Position numbers and translations under genes: made by a program. Source: an uncultured Haloferula sp. (GTDB taxonomy: Bacteria > Verrucomicrobiota > Verrucomicrobiia > Verrucomicrobiales > Akkermansiaceae). Taken from it: a stretch of DNA of 64,000 bases. Where the stretch lies: the NCBI GenBank assembly GCA_965652295.1, contig CBFGTS010000002.1, forward strand, positions 256,001 to 320,000. The letters are read 5' to 3'. A model generated the notes under the pieces. The model was not told the origin of the DNA and ran no database searches. It was given only the letters and a program-made list of their open reading frames with translations. Below, piece by piece: positions 1-9,955 of the stretch (within the stretch, counting starts at the first letter, position 1; each line of letters starts with the position of its first letter).

Positions 1-1
1 C

Positions 2-1288
2 CCCGAGTCGGTGAAGGTGCTGATCATCGAAACCCTCCCCCGCTGGGAATACCGCTATCTTCGCAACGCCCTGTCGCGCGACCCGGGCGTGGAGCTCTCC
101 TGTCTGCTTTTCCACCCGGTGCTCGGCATGGGAGAAGGCCCGGACTACATCGAGACCTTCCCTTCGAAACCCGAGGAACTCGCCAGCTACGACGTCATCA
201 TGATCGGCGATGTCGGCACCGGACAGCTCACCGCCGAGCAGTGCGCGATGATCGCCGGGCTCGTGGAAAACCAAGCCAGCGGCGTGGTTTTCCTGCCCGG
301 CCCCCAAGGCAATCAGCTCTCCCTGCTGGAAACGCCGCTCGGCGAGCTGATGCCGGTCATTCCGGACACCGGCACGCCCCAGGGCATCGTCGACCCCACC
401 CCCTCGCCGCTCGAACTCACCAGCGAGGGCCGCAGCTCGCTGCTCACGCTGCTGGCGGATACAGAGGAGGAGAACCCCGAAGTCTGGAGTTCGCTCCCCG
501 GCTTCACCTGGCACGCCGCTGTGACCCGCGCCAAGGGCGGCACTCAGGTGCTCGCCGTCCACGCCAATCGCCGCACCCAGTTCGGCCCCACCCCGATCAT
601 CGTCACCGCCTCCGCCGGCTCCGGAAAAGTCCTCTACATGGGCATCGACTCGGCATGGCGCTGGCGGCGCGGCGTGGAGGACAAATACCACTATCGCTTC
701 TGGGGCCAGGTCGCACGATGGATGTCGTACCAGCGGAACATGGCCTCCGGTCAGCGCATCCGCCTCTACTACACGCCGGAGCGACCCGAACCCGGCAACG
801 TCGTCACGTTCAACGCCAATGCCTTCGCCCCCAACGGAGCACCGCTCGACGAGGGCAGCGTGCTTCTCGAAGCCACCGCGCCCGATGGTTCCACCCGCAC
901 CGTGATCATGGAAAAGAGCGATGCCGCCTGGGGTGCCTACACCGGCAGCTTGCGCATCACTCAACCCGGCCAGTGGCAGATCACCGCCCGCATCGACGGC
1001 GAAGATGATACCACTGTGGAAACCAAGCTCCTCGCCCAGGGCGTCGAGCTTGAAAAGGTCGGCCAACCCGCCCGCCCCGAAGTCTTGGAAGAAATGGTTC
1101 GGATCACCCGCGGCCGCCTCATCCGTGCGGCCGATCTGGCGCAGTTGGCCGATGAAATCCGCGCCCTTCCCGCCCCTCGTCCCATCGAGAACCGCATACC
1201 GCTGTGGTCGAACTGGATCGTCGCCGGGTTCCTCGTCCTCCTGCTTGCGGCCTTCTGGACCGCCAGGAAACTCAACGGCACGTTCTGA
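2..1288 (+). CDS. 5'-truncated membrane-anchored protein with glutamine-amidotransferase-like (DUF1355-type) domain, typical C-terminal half of PVC vWA-domain proteins
   Basis: Frame is open to the window edge; motifs PRWEYRYLRNALSRD, YDVIMIGDV, GSGKVLYMGIDSAWRWR; C-terminal TM helix ending RKLNG. Confidence 0.65.
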   Translation, partial: PESVKVLIIETLPRWEYRYLRNALSRDPGVELSCLLFHPVLGMGEGPDYIETFPSKPEELASYDVIMIGDVGTGQLTAEQCAMIAGLVENQASGVVFLPGPQGNQLSLLETPLGELMPVIPDTGTPQGIVDPTPSPLELTSEGRSSLLTLLADTEEENPEVWSSLPGFTWHAAVTRAKGGTQVLAVHANRRTQFGPTPIIVTASAGSGKVLYMGIDSAWRWRRGVEDKYHYRFWGQVARWMSYQRNMASGQRIRLYYTPERPEPGNVVTFNANAFAPNGAPLDEGSVLLEATAPDGSTRTVIMEKSDAAWGAYTGSLRITQPGQWQITARIDGEDDTTVETKLLAQGVELEKVGQPARPEVLEEMVRITRGRLIRAADLAQLADEIRALPAPRPIENRIPLWSNWIVAGFLVLLLAAFWTARKLNGTF

Positions 1289-1357
1289 GGCACACCCCGG
1301 CGTGCCAATGGCCCCGCCCTTGCCGAACCCCGCCCCACCGCCTACAAGGCCGGCCTG

Positions 1358-2281
1358 ATGGAGATCGAAGTGGATGGCGATTCCGGAGCCCGGCTGGATG
1401 CGTTTCTCGCCTCCCGCCTGCCGGAGCTTTCGCGCTCGCGCATCCAGACGCTGATCCGCGAGCAGCACATCCACCGCAATGGCAGCCCCGCCAAACCACG
1501 CGACGCCGTGGCACTCGGCGACCGGATCCAGATCGCCCTGCCCGAGGCCGTCCCCGCCGAAGCCCAGCCGGAAGACATCGCCCTGTCCGTGCTTTACGAG
1601 GACGACGACCTCCTCGTCATCGACAAGGCCGAGGGCATGGTCGTCCATCCCGCGGCGGGAAATCCCGACGGCACCTTGGTCAATGCCCTGCTCCACCACT
1701 GCCAGGGCCGGCTTTCCGGCATCGGCGGCGTCGAACGTCCGGGAATCGTCCATCGCCTCGACAAGGACACCTCCGGTTGCATGGTCGTGGCGAAATCCGA
1801 CACCGCCCACCGCTCGCTGGTCGAACAGTTCTCCGGCCGCATCACCTCGAAACGCTACCTCGCCGTCGTCCAAGGCACGCCGCCGCAGGACCGCGACACG
1901 GTCTTCACCCACATCGCCCGGCACCCGGTGAACCGCATGAAAATGGCCGTCGCCACCCCTCCCGCCGGCAAGGCATCGATCACCGACTACCGGACGATTT
2001 CCCGGGATCCCGCCACCGACAGCACGCTGGTTTTATGCGACCTCCACACCGGCCGCACCCATCAGATCCGCGTCCACATGCACCACCTCGGCTGCCCGCT
2101 CATCGGCGATCCCATCTATGGAAAGCCCGCGCGTCAGAAAGCGCAGACCGGCCGCATGATGCTCCACGCCTGGCAGCTCGAATTCGATCACCCCGCCCAC
2201 GGTCGGCGGATGAAATTCGAGGCTCCGATCCCGCCCGAATACACCCCGTGGCTACAAATGGCCGAATCCCCGATTTCCTGA
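1358..2281 (+). CDS. rluD: RluA-family (RluD-like) 23S rRNA pseudouridine synthase
   Basis: N-terminal S4 domain (RLDAFLA..SRSRIQ), catalytic GIVHRLDKDTSG, TGRTHQIRVH, GDPIYG. Confidence 0.9.
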   Translation: MEIEVDGDSGARLDAFLASRLPELSRSRIQTLIREQHIHRNGSPAKPRDAVALGDRIQIALPEAVPAEAQPEDIALSVLYEDDDLLVIDKAEGMVVHPAAGNPDGTLVNALLHHCQGRLSGIGGVERPGIVHRLDKDTSGCMVVAKSDTAHRSLVEQFSGRITSKRYLAVVQGTPPQDRDTVFTHIARHPVNRMKMAVATPPAGKASITDYRTISRDPATDSTLVLCDLHTGRTHQIRVHMHHLGCPLIGDPIYGKPARQKAQTGRMMLHAWQLEFDHPAHGRRMKFEAPIPPEYTPWLQMAESPIS

Positions 2282-2286
2282 CCCGC

Positions 2287-2556
2287 ATGGACCTGCCCTT
2301 TGACGACGATGCCGCGGCCGATCGTTTTTTCGACGACCTGCTCGATGCCGTGGACCAGCAGCTCACCTCGCCCGCCACACCCTTCGTTTCCAAGACCCTC
2401 GACCGGCTGATGAAAGAGGGCATGGAGCGCGACGAAGCCCGCGAGGCGATCGCCCGCTGCCTGGCGGAGGAAGCCGACCAAGTCATGCGCAGCGGCCGGG
2501 CGTTCGATCTCGATGGCTATCGCAAATCGCTTGAGAGGATCAGTCCCGGCTCCTGA
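2287..2556 (+). CDS. Small hypothetical helical protein (89 aa)
   Basis: ATG 5 nt after the rluD stop; host-like codon usage; MDLPFDDDAAADRFF... Confidence 0.7.
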   Translation: MDLPFDDDAAADRFFDDLLDAVDQQLTSPATPFVSKTLDRLMKEGMERDEAREAIARCLAEEADQVMRSGRAFDLDGYRKSLERISPGS

Positions 2557-3746
2557 GACGCCTTCTCATCGCTTTCCGCCAGCGCCTTCATCGGCTTGCG
2601 GTGCACCCAAACGCTCTGCACCAGACCCAACAGGAACATGCACATCACCACGAAGGTGCCCGAGTAGCTGATGAGCGGCAGCGGGATGCCCGTGATCGGC
2701 ATCAGCTGGATGCACATGCCGATGTTCTCGAAAACGTGCGCGAAAAACAACGCCACCACCCCGCCGACCAGCATGCAGCCCATCAGGTCGCGCGCATAGG
2801 AGGCGATGAAAAGGCACAGCACCAGCAGCACGGTGAAGCCGGAAATCAGCAGCAGTCCGCCCTTGAAGCCCAGCTCCTCGGCGAGGACCGGGAAAATGAA
2901 GTCGTTGTGTGCGGTGTTGAAAGGAATCATGCGGCGATCGTGGATCGAGCCCTGATCCGCGTTCGATAGCCAGCCGGTGCCGTTCCATCCGGCATGGCCC
3001 ACCGCGATCGCGATGTTGTAAGGAGCCCAGGCATCGCCGCTGGTATCCACCGGCCGCTCCGCCAGCATGTCCAGAAACAGCTCGATCCGCGCAGGACCGC
3101 GCTCCGACACCTTCGGCAGCACCACGTAATACAGCAGCGGCACCGCCGCCACCGCGACCAGCAGGAGGAAGGTCAGATACCGGAACGGCACGCCGCCCAC
3201 GATCATCGCCACCAAGGCCACCGGCAGCCAGACCACCGCCGAGCCCATGTCGCCCATTTTCATCACCACCAGGAAAGGAACGCCCGTGATGCCCCCCACC
3301 AACAGGATCTTGGTCAGCGGCTCCTCAAGCAGCCAACCCACCTTCGGAATTTTCCTCCCGAGCCGCGGCAGATCCTGCAACAGCCAGGCCAGCATCAGGA
3401 TGCCCGAGGCGATCGCCAGCTGCGCCGGCTGGAAGCTCAATCCGGCCACGGTGATCTGGTGGACCTCCGAGTCGGAATTCATGATCGACGCACACAGTGC
3501 AAGGCTCACCCCGTAAATCGGCAACGCCAGCCAGCGGAACCATTTGTAGTCGAACAGCGCCGTGATGAAATACACCCCGCTGCCCAGCAGGATCCACTTC
3601 TTCTGGAGGTTGGCGAAATACTCGCCACCCTCACTGAGGTGGCGTGCGGCGCTCTCGATCGAAAACACGCCGACGGTGAGGAGACCGTACATCACGATCA
3701 CCAGCCACCAGTTCATTCCGAGAAGTTTGCGCAACAGGGGCGTCAT
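2517..3746 (-). CDS. rodA: SEDS peptidoglycan glycosyltransferase, RodA/FtsW family
   Basis: Multi-TM; SFQPAQLA, DMGSA, AHNDFIF..LAEELGF, ENIGM...PITGIPLPLISYSG; start placed at MTPLLRK. Confidence 0.85.
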   Translation of the reverse strand: MTPLLRKLLGMNWWLVIVMYGLLTVGVFSIESAARHLSEGGEYFANLQKKWILLGSGVYFITALFDYKWFRWLALPIYGVSLALCASIMNSDSEVHQITVAGLSFQPAQLAIASGILMLAWLLQDLPRLGRKIPKVGWLLEEPLTKILLVGGITGVPFLVVMKMGDMGSAVVWLPVALVAMIVGGVPFRYLTFLLLVAVAAVPLLYYVVLPKVSERGPARIELFLDMLAERPVDTSGDAWAPYNIAIAVGHAGWNGTGWLSNADQGSIHDRRMIPFNTAHNDFIFPVLAEELGFKGGLLLISGFTVLLVLCLFIASYARDLMGCMLVGGVVALFFAHVFENIGMCIQLMPITGIPLPLISYSGTFVVMCMFLLGLVQSVWVHRKPMKALAESDEKASQEPGLILSSDLR

Positions 3747-3886
3747 CCGCCCCGGACGCTCCCTCATCGCCCCGGACCGCGCAAGCCAACAAACCCGGTG
3801 AGCGAAGAGCGGTGTGCGCTCGTCACGGTCTCCCCATCAATTTCCCACTTGGCATTGCCGTCCACGCCGGCGAGAGCCCACCAGCA

Positions 3887-3994
3887 CTACTCTACTGCGT
3901 TGTGCTGAGCGAGCCTCGCCTCAACCTCTTCGCTGATGCCGATGTAGCGGCGACCGGCGGAAGCCGTCAGCAGGTAAACTCGATAGATCTCCAT
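3887..3994 (-). pseudogene. Truncated GIY-YIG nuclease fragment (35 aa)
   Basis: MEIYRVYLLTASAGRRYIGISEEVEARLAQHNAVE* matches the N-terminal Y.VY.L...YIG....L..RL..HN signature and then stops. Confidence 0.65.
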
Positions 3995-4020
3995 CCCTCG
4001 AAGCCATCTCTCAAAACGGC

Positions 4021-4048
4021 GAAGGCCCGGTCGGACGACCGGGCCTTC
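4021..4048 (-). terminator. Hairpin immediately 3' of tRNA-fMet
   Basis: Perfect 13-bp inverted repeat gaaggcccggtcg/cgaccgggccttc. Confidence 0.6.
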
Positions 4049-4050
4049 AT

Positions 4051-4127
<77 letters not shown>

Positions 4128-4246
4128 ATTTGTTTTGTGTCCGCCCCTTTCGGCGCGGGCCGGCAGACTAATGCGAAGCGGACTCCACGCAAGAGGTTTT
4201 TACCACTTTTCTCCCGCTTCGTTCGCGCTTTGATTCCGGCCTGCCA

Positions 4247-5137
4247 ATGGTCACCTCCGAACCACCCGAAACCCTGCCCGCTTCCATCTGGCGCGAGCGG
4301 GCACGACTCCATGAGGAACGGACGGCGGCACGGATTTCGCCGGCCCTCCAGCGGCGGGCGAAGGGGACGCCCCATCCCGTTGAGGATTTCCTTTTCACCT
4401 ACTACCAGTTCTCCTTTGCCAAGCTCCGCGAGTGGCACCCGCCCTTCGGCACGGGGTTGGAGTGGGAAAGCGCCCTGCCCCACGCTTTCTCGAAGCCGCC
4501 CTACCGCCGGGACGGCCCGCTGGTTTCCGCCGATTCCGGCACGCTTTCCGAAAAGGAACGGGCCCGGCTGCGATGGATCCGCGAGCTTCTGGCCGCCACC
4601 CGCGAGCGCGCTGCGAACTTCGGCTGCCACGGAATGCACGAGTGGGCGATGGTTTATCGAGGACGGGAGATCCGTCATGAGAAAACCGCGACGCTCCGCC
4701 TGCCGCAGGCGGCGATCGATGAATTGGTCGAAAGCCGTCCGATCGCCTGTTCCCACTTCGACGCTTTCCGTTTTTTCGCTCCGGAGGCGCGACCGCTGAA
4801 CAAGCTCCAGCCGGACGTGAAAAGCCGCCCGGAGCACGAACAACCGGGATGCGTCCACGCCAACATGGACCTCTACAAGTGGGCGGGAAAGGCCATGCCC
4901 TGGGTGGGCTCGGAGCTGTGGTTCGAGTGCTTCGAGCTGGCCTTGGAGTTGCGCGATCTGGACATGCGGGCGAGCCCCTACGATCTGGAGCCGTGGGGTC
5001 TGAAGCCGGTGCCGGTGGAGACCTCCGAGGGACGTCGTACTTACGAGCTGGAGCAGCGGCGTCTGGCGGAAAAAGCGGTGCCTTTGCGGGAGCGTTTGAT
5101 CGCGTTGCTCGGACGCGTGCTCAACGTGGGGGCGTGA
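4247..5137 (+). CDS. Conserved protein of the family usually annotated '3-methyladenine DNA glycosylase' (actinobacterial type; function uncertain)
   Basis: HPVEDFLFTYY, CHGMHEWAMVY, CSHFDAFRFF, EQPGCVHANMDLYKW, DMRASPYDL. Confidence 0.75.
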   Translation: MVTSEPPETLPASIWRERARLHEERTAARISPALQRRAKGTPHPVEDFLFTYYQFSFAKLREWHPPFGTGLEWESALPHAFSKPPYRRDGPLVSADSGTLSEKERARLRWIRELLAATRERAANFGCHGMHEWAMVYRGREIRHEKTATLRLPQAAIDELVESRPIACSHFDAFRFFAPEARPLNKLQPDVKSRPEHEQPGCVHANMDLYKWAGKAMPWVGSELWFECFELALELRDLDMRASPYDLEPWGLKPVPVETSEGRRTYELEQRRLAEKAVPLRERLIALLGRVLNVGA

Positions 5138-7457
5138 CGAGACGAAAGGCCTTTTCCCACAACTCGACGAACTCCGCCCCCTCGCCGGAGAGCTTGGCGA
5201 CCGCAGCCCTCGCCCGTTCAGAATCGCCCGCGAGATAATCGAACGCCACCGCCCGCTGGTGCCACAGCGCGCCGTCGCCGGCGCTCATGGCAGCGGCGCG
5301 GTGAAGATCGATCAGTGAGTCGGCCTCGACCTCCGCCCATTCCAAGCGTGAAATGGTGCCATCGTCCGCGCCCACGGTGAGACCCTCGGCCTCCGCCTTG
5401 AGGACCCGGGGAAATTCCCGGCCATCGCGGGCGATGACGGTGCCCTCCGATGCGACCGGTCGGTCGGCGAGCCCCCTGAGGAATTCGTCCGCCTCGCCGA
5501 TCAACTGAAGCAGTACCTCCTTGCGCTCGACCGCCTGCGGATCGTCCGGCTGCCACTCGCTCACTTTCGCCGCCGCTTCGCGGAAAGCGTAGCGCTTGAT
5601 GTCTTTCCACGCATCCCATGGGAAACGGACCGACGCTTCCGACGGCTCCTCCTGCGCCACGGGCTCCTCCACCCGCCGGGCCGCCCGTTCGAGGGCGAGT
5701 TGCCAAGCGCGGACGTTGAAGGGCGCACGGCCGCGCGTCTCAAGAGCTTGATAGACCGTCTCCAGCTCACCCGCCATGCGCTTCGCCTCCGCTGGAGCCG
5801 GATGGAAATCCTGCGGTTCGGCGGCGGCGAGACGGTCCAGATCGGCGAGGTACCGCCCGGCGAGGCTCGCCATGACATCATCGCCGGCCGCCAACGGCTC
5901 CAGCAACGCCCGGGCCAGCTCCATCATCCCCTGATCCCAATTTTTCAACGCACTCAGCCAGTTCAACAACCGGTCCACGTCCGTGTCGTCCGTGGTCGGC
6001 ACCACAAGCACCGGCGGGTAACCACCCAGCGTCTCGAAATGATCCAGGAGCGTCTGGCGAAGCGCCGGCGCGAGAGACGTCGCGCTCTTGAAATGGCTGA
6101 TGCCACTGCGCAGTTCGTCCCTCGCCTCGTCCGACCGCCCGGCCAGCCAGGCGCAGGCGACCGCCTCGCACGCGGCACGTATGCCGGTGGGCTGCATGAC
6201 CTCGGGGTGGTCCCTTACTTCCGCGAAACGGGCGCGTGCCGTGTCGAAGTCATCGCCCGCCAAGGCGCTCCCTGCCTCGCGATACGCCTGGACAATTTGA
6301 GCGGCTGACTCGGGCGCTGCGATCGGTGCCGGTGGGTCACTGGCAGGCAGGGTTTCCACCACGACCGCCTCGGGCGGCGGCATCTCCTCGCTCTCCGCCG
6401 GCATCATCGCCCGCACGGCCACGGCGAGCGCGGCCACCACCACCGCTCCGCCCGCCACCCAGGCGATCTTCTCTCCGCGACCCGCCTGGCGTTTCCGCGG
6501 GGCTGCCTCGGAGGCACCGGCCGGCATCTCCCCCTGGGCCGCCGAGCGCAGGGCGGACAACAGTTCGTCATAGGAGGCGAACCGGTCATCGGGACGGAAG
6601 GCCATGCAGCGGTCGATCACCGCGGCCGTGCCGGGCGAAACCCAGGGCGCGGCCTTTCCCAAAGGGGTGATGTTCTGCTTCGCCTTGCGGAGACGCAGCG
6701 TGTCCATCGTCTCCTCATCGCAGGGCGGCTGGCCGGCCAGCGCATGGTAAAAAGTCGCGCCGAAGGCATAAATGTCCGAGCGGAAATCCTCCTCCCGGCC
6801 CTCGATCGTTTCCGGGGGAACATAGTACGGCGTCGCCCATAGTTCGGTCGCGGTGGCCTTGCCTCCTTGGGTGACGAGCGCCAAGCCGAAGTCCACGAGC
6901 TTTGCCGAGCCGTTCTCATCGAGCAGGATGTTTCCCGGTTTCACGTCGCGGTGGATCAGACCGGCGGATTTCGCGGCTTTGAGACCGGAGGCGACTTCCG
7001 TGGCCAGCGAAAGCGCCTCGTCCTCCGGGATCCTCCCCCTTTCACGGATGTGGTGCTCGAAGTGCCCGCCCGGGACGAACTCCATGGCGATGAAGAACCG
7101 CCCGAAAGCCCGGCCGGTGGTGAACACGCGCACCACGTTCGGATGGCTGAAAGACGCCGTGATGCGAGCTTCTTCTTCGAAAGCACGAATGCGGTTTTCG
7201 TCCGCCGAATACTCTTCACTGAGGATCTTCACCACCACCTCCCGCCCGAGCGTCGGATCCGCCGCCACGTAGACCATGCTCATGCCTCCGATGGCATGAC
7301 GTCGCTCCAGCGTGTAGGGTCCGAACTGGCACTTGACCCGCGTGTGCTCGCCGCACGCCGGGCAGGCGACGTTCGTGAAGGGGCCGACGGTCGAGACGTC
7401 CATCGCCCCGCCGCAGGCGTGGCAGAAGGCTAGATCTCCGGCGTCGGGATTCGACAT
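5121..7457 (-). CDS. Hanks-type Ser/Thr protein kinase with N-terminal Zn-ribbon, TM helix and C-terminal extracytoplasmic domain
   Basis: CHAC...CPAC; GGMSMVY, VVVK, HRDVKPGN, DFG, PPE, DIYAFG; hydrophobic segment IAWVAGGAVVVAALAVAV. Confidence 0.9.
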   Translation of the reverse strand: MSNPDAGDLAFCHACGGAMDVSTVGPFTNVACPACGEHTRVKCQFGPYTLERRHAIGGMSMVYVAADPTLGREVVVKILSEEYSADENRIRAFEEEARITASFSHPNVVRVFTTGRAFGRFFIAMEFVPGGHFEHHIRERGRIPEDEALSLATEVASGLKAAKSAGLIHRDVKPGNILLDENGSAKLVDFGLALVTQGGKATATELWATPYYVPPETIEGREEDFRSDIYAFGATFYHALAGQPPCDEETMDTLRLRKAKQNITPLGKAAPWVSPGTAAVIDRCMAFRPDDRFASYDELLSALRSAAQGEMPAGASEAAPRKRQAGRGEKIAWVAGGAVVVAALAVAVRAMMPAESEEMPPPEAVVVETLPASDPPAPIAAPESAAQIVQAYREAGSALAGDDFDTARARFAEVRDHPEVMQPTGIRAACEAVACAWLAGRSDEARDELRSGISHFKSATSLAPALRQTLLDHFETLGGYPPVLVVPTTDDTDVDRLLNWLSALKNWDQGMMELARALLEPLAAGDDVMASLAGRYLADLDRLAAAEPQDFHPAPAEAKRMAGELETVYQALETRGRAPFNVRAWQLALERAARRVEEPVAQEEPSEASVRFPWDAWKDIKRYAFREAAAKVSEWQPDDPQAVERKEVLLQLIGEADEFLRGLADRPVASEGTVIARDGREFPRVLKAEAEGLTVGADDGTISRLEWAEVEADSLIDLHRAAAMSAGDGALWHQRAVAFDYLAGDSERARAAVAKLSGEGAEFVELWEKAFRLVTPPR

Positions 7458-7567
7458 GGCGGAGGCTATCTACGGTCGTGCGGCTCTGGAAACTTCAAAG
7501 AGCGGGCGATACAGAGCCTCTTCTTCGATCCTTGCCGCCCGCCCCACCACGGCCGAAGATTCCCGGC

Positions 7568-8062
7568 ATGAAACGCTTGCCGTGGATTCTTGGCGCTGCC
7601 GTCCTGCTCGCCCTCGGGCTGTGGTGGTTTTCCCCCACCCAGAAAATGAAGCGCCGGGTGACGGGGATGATCGAGACCGCCAACGTGCCGCCCGGCATGC
7701 CCGACATCGCCCGCAACACGCGGGGACCGAACCTCGAGAAATACCTCGCCAAACGCCTGACGGTCGCAGTGCCCGATGCGCTCGATGACCGCGTCCCGGG
7801 TTCATTGAAACGCGACTCCGCCGTGGCCTACTACTCGCTCGCCGCCCGCGGTGTCCGTCAAATCTCGCTGGAGGACCTGGAAATCGAAGAGATCATCTTC
7901 GAAGGCGATGACGCCACCGTGCGCTTCCAGGTCGACGCCATTGTCGAGCTCCCGGGCAGCACGCCGGTCAATGGAATCCTCCACGTGGACAGCCGCTGGC
8001 AGCTTGATCCGGAGGAGGGCTGGCGGATGAGATCGGTGAGCTGGGAGGAAACCGGGCGCTGA
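7568..8062 (+). CDS. Hypothetical membrane-anchored protein, possibly NTF2-like fold
   Basis: N-terminal TM (MKRLPWILGAAVLLALGLWWF); beta-rich C-terminus GDDATV...WRMRSV. Confidence 0.6.
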   Translation: MKRLPWILGAAVLLALGLWWFSPTQKMKRRVTGMIETANVPPGMPDIARNTRGPNLEKYLAKRLTVAVPDALDDRVPGSLKRDSAVAYYSLAARGVRQISLEDLEIEEIIFEGDDATVRFQVDAIVELPGSTPVNGILHVDSRWQLDPEEGWRMRSVSWEETGR

Positions 8063-8151
8063 CCTGCGCTTCCACCCACTAAACGTTTCCTACCCCTCCT
8101 CATGACCCAACTGTGGGTTTCCTTTTCCCCGAGGATGTGCAGGTTCCCCGC

Positions 8152-9816
8152 ATGTCTTACACCATCGGCATCGATTACGGGACCAACTCGGTCCGCGCCT
8201 TGGTCGTCCGCGTCTCCGACGGGGCGGAACTCGGCACCTGCATTTTTGATTACCCCTCCGGAAAACAGGGCATCCTGCTCGACCCCGCCGACCACCACCT
8301 GGCCCGCCAGAACCCGGCCGACTACATCCAAGGGGTCGAAACCGCGGTGAAAGGTGCGCTCGCCGAAGCCGCCAAAACCGACGGCTTCTCCGCGGATCAG
8401 GTGATCGGCATCGGCGTCGATGGTACCGGCTCAAGCCCGATCCCGGTGGACGCATCGAACCGTCCGCTCGCTCTCGACCCGAAGTTTTCCGGCAATCCCA
8501 ACGCCCACTGCTGGCTCTGGAAAGACCACACCTCGATCAAGGAAGCCGCCACGATCACCGCGAAAGCCGGCGAGATGCGTCCGCAGTATCTCGCCAAGAT
8601 CGGCGGCACCTACTCTTCCGAGTGGTTCTGGGCCAAGCTCTGGCATTGCCTCAACGTCGACCGCGAGGTCTTCGAAGCGGCCTACTCGTGGGTCGAGCTT
8701 TCCGATTTCGTTCCCGCGCTGCTCGCCGGCGTGACCGATCCCAAGGCGATCCGCCGCGGCATCTGCATGGCTGGTCACAAGGCGATGTATGCCGACGACT
8801 GGAACGGCCTGCCTGACCCGGAGTTCCTGTCCGCTCTGGATCCCGCTCTCGCCGACCTGCGCGGCCGGCTCTTCGAGAAAGCATACGACGCCTCGGAAAA
8901 AGCCGGCAGCCTGTGCGCGGAGTGGGCGGAAAAGCTCGGCCTGCCGAAGGGCATCGCCATCGCCATCGGCGAAATGGACGTCCACTACGGCTCGATCGGC
9001 TGCGGCGTCGATGAAGGTACGCTGGTCAAGGTCATCGGCACCTCCACCTGCGATTGCGCCGTGGTTTCCGCCGACAAGGACGTGGCCGACATCCCCGGCA
9101 TCTGCGGCATCGTGAAGGGGGCCATCCTTCCCGGCTACTACGGTGTCGAGGCCGGGCAGTCGGCCGTGGGCGACATCTTCAAGTGGTTCGTCGAGGGCGT
9201 GATCGGCGACGTCACCCAGCACGGTCCGCTCACCGACGAGGCCGCGAAACTCCAGCCCGGGCAATCCGGCCTGCTGGCGCTCGACTGGAACAACGGCAAC
9301 CGCACGATCCTCGTCGATCAAAGTCTCACCGGCCTGATGCTCGGCCAAACCCTGCACACCAGCCGCGCCGAGATGTATCGCGCCCTGATCGAGGCCACCG
9401 CCTTCGGGGCGCGGGCGATCATCGAACGCATCAAGGAATTCGGCGTCCCCGTCGAGCGCGTCGTTTGCTCCGGCGGCATCGCGGAAAAGAACGCCATGCT
9501 GATGCAGATCTACGCCGACGTGACCGGCTGCGAAATGCGCGTCGCCCGTTCCAGCCAGGCCTGTGCGCTGGGATCGGCCGTGGGTGCCGCGGTCGTGGGT
9601 GGAGGTCACCCGGACTTCGCCACCGCTCAGGCCGCGATGACCGGGCTCAAAGACGTGACCTATCGCCCGATCCCCGAAAACCAGGCCGTCTACAACAAGC
9701 TCTATGCGCTCTACCGCGAACTGCACGATGCCTTCGGCGGTGTGACCGACTCCGCGAACCTTGGCCACGTGATGAAGGACCTGCTTGCCATCAAGGCCGA
9801 GGCCAACGCCCGCTAA
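8152..9816 (+). CDS. araB: Ribulokinase (FGGY kinase family)
   Basis: IGIDYGTNSVRA, WKDHTS, GGTYSSEWFWAK, GHKAMY, IGTSTCD, EAGQSAVGDIF, LDWNNGNRT, EATAFG. Confidence 0.92.
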   Translation: MSYTIGIDYGTNSVRALVVRVSDGAELGTCIFDYPSGKQGILLDPADHHLARQNPADYIQGVETAVKGALAEAAKTDGFSADQVIGIGVDGTGSSPIPVDASNRPLALDPKFSGNPNAHCWLWKDHTSIKEAATITAKAGEMRPQYLAKIGGTYSSEWFWAKLWHCLNVDREVFEAAYSWVELSDFVPALLAGVTDPKAIRRGICMAGHKAMYADDWNGLPDPEFLSALDPALADLRGRLFEKAYDASEKAGSLCAEWAEKLGLPKGIAIAIGEMDVHYGSIGCGVDEGTLVKVIGTSTCDCAVVSADKDVADIPGICGIVKGAILPGYYGVEAGQSAVGDIFKWFVEGVIGDVTQHGPLTDEAAKLQPGQSGLLALDWNNGNRTILVDQSLTGLMLGQTLHTSRAEMYRALIEATAFGARAIIERIKEFGVPVERVVCSGGIAEKNAMLMQIYADVTGCEMRVARSSQACALGSAVGAAVVGGGHPDFATAQAAMTGLKDVTYRPIPENQAVYNKLYALYRELHDAFGGVTDSANLGHVMKDLLAIKAEANAR

Positions 9817-9840
9817 TCCAGGATTCCGATCCTTCGAACG

Positions 9841-9873
9841 ATGCCCGCCGGAATCTTCCGGCGGGCATTTTTT
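9841..9873 (+). terminator. Rho-independent terminator after araB
   Basis: atgcccgccggaa-tc-ttccggcgggcat followed by T-run. Confidence 0.85.
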
Positions 9874-9955
9874 CGACCCACCCGTTTATGGGGGTGAGGG
9901 AGTTACCCATTGCTTCGTGATCCTTCCCCCCGGAAGGTGATCAAAAGCCCACTTG

